Shown: positions 23,693 to 31,451 of the stretch, in pieces
Layout of the letters: the number at the start of each line of letters is the position of its first letter
How positions within the stretch are numbered: position 1 is the stretch's first letter
Source of the DNA: a virus
Taxonomy: Duplodnaviria; Caudoviricetes
Virus record (IMG/VR): IMGVR_UViG_3300032233_002946
Coordinates: 1-31,451 of that record
Reading direction: 5' to 3' (one strand)
DNA: 31,451 nt
Position numbers and translations under genes: made by a program
The notes under the pieces: model-generated
Told to the model about the DNA's origin: nothing
Seen by the model: the letters and a program-made list of their open reading frames with translations, nothing else
The model's database searches: none

Positions 23693-25393
23693 ATGCTTTC
23701 CACTCATTTTATTGCTGAGCAACAAGAAGAATTAAATTATAAAATTGCAGAAGTGCAAATGATCAAAGATCAACTAACACTAATGGATGTTAGAATTGAT
23801 CGTTATGATACTATCATTGGTAATATAGATAAACAAATTATCCCATTAATTAATGAAATTAATGTTGCAATTGCATCGGTAAAAACTGCCTATGATAATC
23901 GGATAACAGCTAAATGTAAAAATAATTTATATTGGGAACTAACTTCTACACAATCTTATAGTGGAAGATTTTCAGTACAAGAGATAATATATACTTGTAA
24001 AAAGAATCCAAGTGTAGGAATAAATTCTGGTTATTATGGTGCAAAATATTATAGAAGACCACAGAATCAAGATTATGGTTCAAATATTGTTCGTGAATTT
24101 TTAGGAACAATAGGTTCTGGTAGTACTGTTTTATCAGTATTTGGAATTATTGGAACACAGAATATATCAGTTGGTGATAATATTGTAGATAATATTGATA
24201 GTCCTGTAATATTTTCATCTGCAAATCTTCCTACAATTGTTGGATTTGGAACTACAAGTATTGCAGGAGTTACTACAGATTTTGGTGGTTCAGTTAGTTC
24301 TGGATCAACTATTATTGCAAATGTTGGAGTTGGATCTACAGTTGGAATTAATACTGGAGATTCAATAACTTTATCTGGAATTTTAACTACAGCAACAACA
24401 GTAGTTGGATTTGGTACTACTACGATTACAGTTAATAATGTTTGGAATTCTAGCACTGGAACATTTATAACTACCAGTGCAACTGCAAAAAGTTTAATCA
24501 TTAGTCTTCCAGCAGTTGGAACTGGCACTGGAACTTTTAAAGTTGGTGCTTTGGTTACTTATCCAACATTAATTTTAAATACATCAGCACAAATTGCTGG
24601 AAATAATACTAATTTTACAAATATAAGAACAACACAAACTGATTCGACTACATTTGATTATTCAAATAATCCAATAGATCCAGTAACAATTGGTATTATG
24701 GATTCTGGAACTATTGGATTAGGGCATAAATTGGTAAGAGTTAATAATGGAAGTCCAATTGGTCCATTCCAATGGCAAGAAGTTATGACTTCAGAGTTTG
24801 CAAGTAAATCTGATTCGCAATTAAATGATTCTGAAAAATATTTAAGAACCACATATCCAGAACCTTCTTGCGGAGCAAGTTATGCTCAATATTATCCAGG
24901 TGATACATCTTGGCCAACCATAAGTTCTTATGGTTACAATATTAGTGGAACTAGAACATCATCCTCATCTTCTTATGCACAAGAAGGTGATACAGTTGTT
25001 GTTGGATTTGGTTTGACTATTCCTTTTGATATTGGAACTACTTCAACAAAACCACCTGGTGCTGCATCTAATTCTGATTGCACAAACATTTATGATGCTG
25101 CAATTACTGCTGCAGAAGCAAGCAGAAATACAATTATTGCAAAAAATTTACCAATAATTGATTCTTTAATTAATGCTTCTTCTCCTTTGAGGGATATGAG
25201 AAATACAATGGAATCTCGTGCTTTTGCAATGTTACAAGGAAGAGTTTATGGTGACACAGAAGTAAATAAACTCAAAGCAAATGTTAAAATATTACAAACA
25301 ACAGATTATAGATCTTTTGAACCTCCAACATATTATTTTGATGCAACCACTGGAAAATTAGTTTCATCTGCTGTTGGAGTTGGAACCACTTGA
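23693..25393 (+). CDS. Putative virion structural protein
   Basis: Helical ends; Thr/Gly/Ser-rich beta core with VGFGTT repeats. Confidence 0.7.
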   Translation: MLSTHFIAEQQEELNYKIAEVQMIKDQLTLMDVRIDRYDTIIGNIDKQIIPLINEINVAIASVKTAYDNRITAKCKNNLYWELTSTQSYSGRFSVQEIIYTCKKNPSVGINSGYYGAKYYRRPQNQDYGSNIVREFLGTIGSGSTVLSVFGIIGTQNISVGDNIVDNIDSPVIFSSANLPTIVGFGTTSIAGVTTDFGGSVSSGSTIIANVGVGSTVGINTGDSITLSGILTTATTVVGFGTTTITVNNVWNSSTGTFITTSATAKSLIISLPAVGTGTGTFKVGALVTYPTLILNTSAQIAGNNTNFTNIRTTQTDSTTFDYSNNPIDPVTIGIMDSGTIGLGHKLVRVNNGSPIGPFQWQEVMTSEFASKSDSQLNDSEKYLRTTYPEPSCGASYAQYYPGDTSWPTISSYGYNISGTRTSSSSSYAQEGDTVVVGFGLTIPFDIGTTSTKPPGAASNSDCTNIYDAAITAAEASRNTIIAKNLPIIDSLINASSPLRDMRNTMESRAFAMLQGRVYGDTEVNKLKANVKILQTTDYRSFEPPTYYFDATTGKLVSSAVGVGTT

Positions 25394-25415
25394 AATAATG
25401 GTTCATTTAAAACTT

Positions 25416-25423
25416 GATAAATA
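25416..25423 (+). promoter_or_regulatory. Late promoter
   Basis: Intergenic GATAAATA upstream of ATG 25454. Confidence 0.7.
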
Positions 25424-25453
25424 AGTTAAGAACAAAATTAGATGCAATAAGTA

Positions 25454-28400
25454 ATGACGGATAGATTTCCATTAGTTGCTATATCTACGCAAGGAAGAAT
25501 AGCAGAACTACCAATCGGAGACAATTTAAATCTTTCGAATGCTGGAATTGTCAGTGCTTCTTCAATTACTGCAACTAATTTTATTGGTAATTTAACTGGA
25601 ACTGCTTCCACTGCTTCATTTGCATCAACTGCTTATACTTTAAATGGGTTTTCACCAAACCAACTTAATGTTGGTTATGCATCAAGTTCTGGAATCGCAA
25701 CAATAGCAGGATATGCTTCAACTGCTGGTTTTGCAACAGTAGCAGGTTATGCTTTAACTGCTGGTATTGCAACTTATGCAACTTATGTTCAAGATGCAGG
25801 AAATATTACAGGTGGAACTCTTCCTTCAGCAAGATTATCTGGCACTTATGGCATTAATATTACTGGAATTGCTTCATTTGCAAGTAATCTCAATCCTGGA
25901 ACTTATGGTATTAATATTAGTGGAACAGCAGCAACTGCTACATTTTCTAACTATGCAACAAATGCTGGATTAGCAACAAATGCAACTTATGCTACATCAG
26001 CAGGAGTAGCAACTTATGCTTCAACAGCAGGTATATCTACTAATGTAATTGGTGGTATTGCATCAGTAACTCAATTAAATGTTTCTGGAATTTCTACATT
26101 AGGAATTCTAACGGTAGGAAATGTTTATTCTACTGGTGTTGTGACTGCTACAACATTTGTAGGAAATGTAACTGGTAATGTAAGTGGTAATGTAACTGGT
26201 AATGTAACTGGTGTTGCGTCAACAGCAAACTATGCAGTTATTGCTGGTTATTCTACATCATCTGGAATAGCAACAAATGCCACTTATGCTAATTATGCAA
26301 CTAATGCTGGTATTGCTACTTATGCACAAACAGCAGGTGTATCTACAAATGTAAGTGGTGGCATTGCGTCAATAACTCAATTATCCGTATCTGGTATTTC
26401 TACATTAGGAATTGTAACAGCAGGAAACATTTACTCCACTGGTGTTATAACTGCTACAACATTTGTAGGAAATGTAACTGGTAATGTAACTGGTATTGCA
26501 TCAACAGCAATTTATGCTACATTGGCAGGTATTGCTACAAATACAACAAATATTGGTATTGGAACTACATCATCAACCAGTACTACTTTATATCCAGTTC
26601 TTGTAAGTGCTGCACAAACAGGAGCACAACAACCAATTATTGATAATCAAGATTTAAATTACAATGCAGCAACAGGAGCATTAGCAGCAGTATCTTTCCT
26701 TGGTAGTGGTGCTGCTCTTTCTGGTATTGTAACACAAATTACTGCTGGAATTGGTATTGATTTATCTCCAACAAATGGAAAAACATCAGTACAAATACAA
26801 GCATATCGTCCAGTTGGAAAAACAATTCATGTTGCTCAAAATGGAGATGATAATAATACAGGATTAGCAGTAAACTATCCAAAGAGAACAATTAAAGCAG
26901 CAGCATCAGTTGCATTTTCAGGTGATACAATTAAAGTTTTTCCAGGAGTTTATGTTGAAAATAATCCAATTGTATTGAATAAAAAGGTTTCAATAGAAGG
27001 AACAGAACTTAGAAACTGTATTGTTACTCCATTATATGCTGACCGTGATTTATTTTACACCAATAACGGTGTTCACATGACCAATTTGAGTTTCATTGGT
27101 CCCGAGTCAACAAATGGTGCAGCAATGGTTTCGTTACAACCATTAATGGGAATTTCAACTGACAGATATTTTGATGCTGCAAGAATGATCAGATTGAATA
27201 GAAATTATATTGCACAAGAAACAGTCGGATATATTACAAGTACTCAATATAATGGGGGAGTATATAGTAGTCTTGGAATTTCATCTATAACAACTTTAAC
27301 AAATAATGTTCTTAATTTTCTGGATGCTACAATTTATGATATAACAAGAGGTGGAAATTCAAAATGTACTAATTTTGTTGCTGATGATGTAGGAATTTCA
27401 TCAGCAACAGAAGCTGCTTTATTTAGTTATGTGGCAGGAATTGAAAGAGCAGTTATTAATAATGTAACTTGGGGTTCTAATCCTGTTGGTCTAGGAACAA
27501 CAGTTACAAATGCACGTTATAGTAATGTAACTGGTGTAACAACAATTACTGCGATCAATCATGGATTGGCAAAAGATGATGCAGTAAGAGTTGTTGGTCT
27601 TGGATTTACTTGTAGTTCTGGTCCAGGAATTGTAACTTATCCAAGTGGAAATTCTGGATATATTTTTAATGTAAAAAGTGTAGTTGGAATTAATACATTT
27701 GAAGTCATTGTTGGTCAATCTACACTTCCACATACCTATGTTTCTGGAGGAACAGTACAGAAATACATAAATTTCAAGAATAATTATACTCAAATTAAGG
27801 ATCTTGGTATGCAAGCAGATCCTACTACTGGATTTAATAATGGAATTAATGGTTGTGCAAATGTAGTATCAGCAATTTATTCTTGTGCTGGGATTGCTTC
27901 TATTATTACTACTACTAATAGTTCTGTTGGAATTACAACTACATATCCAGGAAATCTTGGAATTGGATTTACAACAACTCTTGGTATATCAACAGCATCT
28001 TATGATAACACAACTGGCATAACAACATTAACAATTCCTGGACTTTCTGTTGTTCCAGGAGATAATGTTGAAATTTACAATTTGAGATTTAGTTATACTT
28101 ATAATAATATTACATATACAAATACAAATTTTGTACCATCAGGAATATATGGAAATGAATTTTATGTAAATAGAGTGAATAATGATGGTTCATTTGTAAT
28201 TAATACAGGAATTTCTACAATTTCATATACTTACGTTAGTGGTGGATTTGCAGTCAATCGTTCAATAGGAGTTACAACTGCAACATATGATAGAATTACT
28301 GGAATTGCAACAATTACTGCAAATGGTGCTTATGTGAAAGTTGGTGATATGGTCACATTAATTGGACTTGGGTTTACTTGTTCTTCTGGTCCTGGAATTG

Positions 28401-29668
28401 TAACTTATCCAAGTGGAAATTCTGGTTATACATTCCCAGTTACAAAAGTGATTGGAACTGCTGGAACTACATTTGCTGTTCAAGTTGGAGGTTCTACTCT
28501 TGCACATACTTATGTTGGTGGTGGAGTCGTCAAACCAGCATATTCAAGAGGTGTTGGACCAATCACACAAGGTCCTTATATTCGTAACTGTACTAATTTT
28601 ATTGGTAAGAGTATTGGTTTAAAGGTTGATGGTATTGCAGCAGAACCAGGAGACCAAGCAGATATTGGTGTAACTGGCACAATGAGTGTTGACTCTTATA
28701 CACAATACAATCAAGGTGGTATTGGAGTTTCAATCACAAATGGTGGATATGCACAGTTAGTTTCAATCTTTACAATTGCAGATGATATTGCAATATACAC
28801 TTCATCTGGTGGTCAGTGCGATATTACAAACTCCAACTCATCATTTGGTAATTATGGATTATATTCGACGGGTGTAAGTGATCCTACAACAAAATCTATT
28901 TACCGTTCTACTGGTGTTGCTGTTACTGATGCAACAGCAAAATCAAATACAATGATTATTTCTGGTGTTGGAACCAATCGTCCTTATGATGGACAATCTT
29001 GTTACTTTGGACAATTATATTATTCTGTAAATACGATTTCAGTCACAAATGCTGGAAGTGGTTATGCATCTGCACCAAAAGTTACTATTTCTACACCAGA
29101 AGGATCAAATGGTGTTACGGCACAAGCATCTTCAACAATTGATGCAAATGGAACAGTTACTGCAATTAATTTATTAACTGCAGGAACGCAATATATTGCA
29201 AATCCAACAGTTACAATTGATTCTCCTGGTGTTGGTGTGACTGCAATAGCAACAGTCACAAATATGCAACCAATTTATTATTATGTGAGTGCTGCAACTT
29301 TACCATCTGCTGGAATTTCAACCGTATCGTTTTTACAGACACTAAATAATACAGTTAGTGCTGGAACGACTGTTTATTTCGCAAGAAAGAGTAGTCAACT
29401 TGCATCCACAATTTCATTTGAATATGTTGGTGCTGGAACTAATATCTTTACAGCAAAACCTTCTCTTGGTGGTGTTGTAATTCCTGAGAATAAAGTAGTT
29501 CAACTAAATGGTGGTACTGTAACTTATACAAGTACTGACCAATCAGGTAACTTCAATATTGGTGATGGAGTTACAATCAACCAGGCAACTGGTCAAATTA
29601 CAGGAAGAGATTTCACAAAAGCACTCTTTACTACAATGACCCCATTTATTCTTGCACTATCAGATTAA
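25454..29668 (+). CDS. Large tail fibre/spike protein with pectin-lyase-like beta-helix
   Basis: AGIATYA repeats; HVAQNGDD.N.G....PKRTIKAA...GDTI...PGVY.E motif; internal repeated domains. Confidence 0.8.
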   Translation: MTDRFPLVAISTQGRIAELPIGDNLNLSNAGIVSASSITATNFIGNLTGTASTASFASTAYTLNGFSPNQLNVGYASSSGIATIAGYASTAGFATVAGYALTAGIATYATYVQDAGNITGGTLPSARLSGTYGINITGIASFASNLNPGTYGINISGTAATATFSNYATNAGLATNATYATSAGVATYASTAGISTNVIGGIASVTQLNVSGISTLGILTVGNVYSTGVVTATTFVGNVTGNVSGNVTGNVTGVASTANYAVIAGYSTSSGIATNATYANYATNAGIATYAQTAGVSTNVSGGIASITQLSVSGISTLGIVTAGNIYSTGVITATTFVGNVTGNVTGIASTAIYATLAGIATNTTNIGIGTTSSTSTTLYPVLVSAAQTGAQQPIIDNQDLNYNAATGALAAVSFLGSGAALSGIVTQITAGIGIDLSPTNGKTSVQIQAYRPVGKTIHVAQNGDDNNTGLAVNYPKRTIKAAASVAFSGDTIKVFPGVYVENNPIVLNKKVSIEGTELRNCIVTPLYADRDLFYTNNGVHMTNLSFIGPESTNGAAMVSLQPLMGISTDRYFDAARMIRLNRNYIAQETVGYITSTQYNGGVYSSLGISSITTLTNNVLNFLDATIYDITRGGNSKCTNFVADDVGISSATEAALFSYVAGIERAVINNVTWGSNPVGLGTTVTNARYSNVTGVTTITAINHGLAKDDAVRVVGLGFTCSSGPGIVTYPSGNSGYIFNVKSVVGINTFEVIVGQSTLPHTYVSGGTVQKYINFKNNYTQIKDLGMQADPTTGFNNGINGCANVVSAIYSCAGIASIITTTNSSVGITTTYPGNLGIGFTTTLGISTASYDNTTGITTLTIPGLSVVPGDNVEIYNLRFSYTYNNITYTNTNFVPSGIYGNEFYVNRVNNDGSFVINTGISTISYTYVSGGFAVNRSIGVTTATYDRITGIATITANGAYVKVGDMVTLIGLGFTCSSGPGIVTYPSGNSGYTFPVTKVIGTAGTTFAVQVGGSTLAHTYVGGGVVKPAYSRGVGPITQGPYIRNCTNFIGKSIGLKVDGIAAEPGDQADIGVTGTMSVDSYTQYNQGGIGVSITNGGYAQLVSIFTIADDIAIYTSSGGQCDITNSNSSFGNYGLYSTGVSDPTTKSIYRSTGVAVTDATAKSNTMIISGVGTNRPYDGQSCYFGQLYYSVNTISVTNAGSGYASAPKVTISTPEGSNGVTAQASSTIDANGTVTAINLLTAGTQYIANPTVTIDSPGVGVTAIATVTNMQPIYYYVSAATLPSAGISTVSFLQTLNNTVSAGTTVYFARKSSQLASTISFEYVGAGTNIFTAKPSLGGVVIPENKVVQLNGGTVTYTSTDQSGNFNIGDGVTINQATGQITGRDFTKALFTTMTPFILALSD
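26144..26489 (+). repeat. Internal duplication with 306-nt period and a 40-nt identical core
   Basis: 26144-26183 is identical to 26450-26489. Confidence 0.85.
27626..28425 (+). repeat. Repeated domain with a 32-nt identical core
   Basis: 27626-27657 is identical to 28394-28425; GLGFTCSSGPGIVTYPSGNSGY occurs twice. Confidence 0.85.
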
Positions 29669-29683
29669 GGAGGAAATTTAAAA

Positions 29684-30046
29684 ATGGCAGTTGCAGCAGC
29701 AGCAGTAAATAATTTTAAAACATATACAAAGGTTGTTGGATTGACAACTGATGTTATATATACTGCACCAGCAGGATATGTAGGAGTATTCTTGTTGGCA
29801 CAATGTGCTAACATTGGAACAGGAACTCAATATATTAGTTGGTATCATAACCGTGTAAGTTCTGGTTCTACTACATCAACAGAAATTGTAAGAAATTTTT
29901 ATATTCCAGCAGGTGATACTGCAAATCTTCTGCCTGGTAAATTAGTTTTAGAAACAGGTGATTATATTACTATTAGTGGAAGTGCAAGCACATCACCAGC
30001 ACAATTAAAGTTTATCACAAGTATTCTTGAAACTTCCAACCAATAA
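29684..30046 (+). CDS. Small virion/fibre-associated protein
   Basis: Strong SD AAGGAGG; YTAP.G and KLVLETGD motifs. Confidence 0.8.
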   Translation: MAVAAAAVNNFKTYTKVVGLTTDVIYTAPAGYVGVFLLAQCANIGTGTQYISWYHNRVSSGSTTSTEIVRNFYIPAGDTANLLPGKLVLETGDYITISGSASTSPAQLKFITSILETSNQ

Positions 30047-30053
30047 TAAGTAA

Positions 30054-31451
30054 ATGTCTAATCCTGGTTTCCTAAGTAAGAGAGTTAAGAAAAAAGTAAC
30101 ATCTGGTCTTACATCAGATAGATACCAGTTTTTGGGTTTAGACCAAGCAGAACCGGACTTGGGAGATCCATTAGTTGGTCCTTCTTCTATTGGAGCAAAA
30201 CCATATACAGGATCAGCAAGTAATTTATATGTATTAGTTGCTGATAATACTGGTTCAGGAAATCGTTATTGGACACAACAAACAAATATTATTTCTGGTG
30301 GTGTAGCTACACCTGGAAGTGTAACAATTAGAAATAAAGGTTCAATTGTTGGTTCTGCAAATCAAATTACTGATTTAAACTTTGTTGGCAGTGGAGTTAC
30401 GGTAGTTAATCCTGCTACTTGGATTGGAGCAGGATCAAGTTCTGTTGATATTCAAATTACTGTTACCGACTTGGTAGCAACTGGTTCTGTAGGGGCAATT
30501 CAATATAAAAATTCATCTGGTTATGTAGTCGGTGCTTCTGATTTATTCTACACTCCTTCAAATACATTTGTTGGTATTGGAAGTACTATACCAACAGTAA
30601 AACTTGATGTTATTGGAAATATAAAAGTCAGTGGTATTGCAACAATAGGAACATTACAGATAAATTCTGGAATTGTTACTGCTTCTTCTGGAATTATTAC
30701 TTACTATGGTGATGGTGGAAAATTAACTAATATATCTGCTTCTTATACAATTTTAGCAGGTGTTTCCACAAATGTAAGTGGTGGTATTGCATCAATTACT
30801 TCACTTTTTGTAAGTGCATCTGGTATCTCTACATTAGGTATAACTTCTACAACAAACTTAACATCTCAGCAACTTAATGTTTCTGGAATTTCTACATTAG
30901 GTACAGTTAAGATTTCTTCTGGTATTGTTACTGCTACTTCTGGTGTTGTAACTTATTATGGTGATGGTTCTAATCTTACTAATATACAATCATCGTCTAT
31001 TGTTGGTACTATTGCAGCAGGAAGTGCTACTTATGCACAAACAGCAGGTATTTCTACAAATGTAAGTGGTGGTATTGCGTCAGTTACATCATTAACTGTA
31101 TCTGGTGTTTCTACTTTTAATAATAACGTTTTTATTCCTTCTTCATCGGTAGGTATTGGAACTACAAATCCACTACAAAGATTACAAGTAGGTACGGCAA
31201 ATACATTAGGAATAAACACGACTGGAACAGTATTTGTTGTTACTTCTAATGCTGATGTTGGTATTGGAACAACCAATCCAATAACAAAATTGGATGTGAG
31301 AGGAAATGTTAATATTTCTGGTGTAGTTACTGCAACTAGTTTCACAGGAAATCTTGTTGGCATAGCAACTACAGCAATAACTGCTCTTGGATTATCTACA
31401 ACTGCTAGTGTTAATACCACAGGAATTATAACTGCAACTAGTTTCACAGGA
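30054..31451 (+). CDS. Tail fibre-like protein, 5' part (runs off the window)
   Basis: MSNPGFLSKRVKK...RYQFLGLDQAEPDLGDP; VSGISTLG and VGIGTTNP repeats; absent from the ORF track because no stop falls in the window. Confidence 0.88.
   Translation, partial: MSNPGFLSKRVKKKVTSGLTSDRYQFLGLDQAEPDLGDPLVGPSSIGAKPYTGSASNLYVLVADNTGSGNRYWTQQTNIISGGVATPGSVTIRNKGSIVGSANQITDLNFVGSGVTVVNPATWIGAGSSSVDIQITVTDLVATGSVGAIQYKNSSGYVVGASDLFYTPSNTFVGIGSTIPTVKLDVIGNIKVSGIATIGTLQINSGIVTASSGIITYYGDGGKLTNISASYTILAGVSTNVSGGIASITSLFVSASGISTLGITSTTNLTSQQLNVSGISTLGTVKISSGIVTATSGVVTYYGDGSNLTNIQSSSIVGTIAAGSATYAQTAGISTNVSGGIASVTSLTVSGVSTFNNNVFIPSSSVGIGTTNPLQRLQVGTANTLGINTTGTVFVVTSNADVGIGTTNPITKLDVRGNVNISGVVTATSFTGNLVGIATTAITALGLSTTASVNTTGIITATSFTG

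Noticed and set aside
25454-31451. Diversity-generating retroelement TR/VR pair among the fibre repeats
   Set aside because: No reverse transcriptase in the window; repeats are coding and internal, and mismatches are not adenine-specific
1-31451. tRNA, rRNA, CRISPR array, IS element or integrase
   Set aside because: Intergenic gaps are short and explained by other features; no such signatures seen

Overview
This is an AT-rich segment of a T4-like cyanomyovirus genome (Kyanoviridae-type). The left part holds the 3' end of psbA (D1), a free-standing Endo VII/HNH homing endonuclease, small hypothetical ORFs, a second HNH nuclease and glutaredoxin. It continues with an NtcA box + glutamine (glnA-type) riboswitch + 32-aa peptide cassette, then thyX, phoH, an exonuclease, gp33, gp59 and gp32. 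A minus-strand block follows (split gp53, gp48, gp2, gp4), then a plus-strand baseplate/tail block: gp54-like, gp26-like, gp51-like, two tape-measure-like proteins with peptidoglycan hydrolase domains, a hub protein, cp12, gp5 and fibre genes. Three signals stand out. (1) The nitrogen-sensing NtcA/riboswitch/peptide module. (2) Two copies of the psbA H332-region sequence between the late promoter and start codon of the homing endonuclease, a candidate autorepression operator, alongside an intronless psbA site with atypical codons. (3) A complete -1 frameshift signal (SD-like GGAGG, N10, T-TTT-TTC, hairpin) that would fuse gp26-like and gp51-like ORFs, as in lambda G/GT tail chaperones. All assignments come from motif recognition and gene order; no searches were run.
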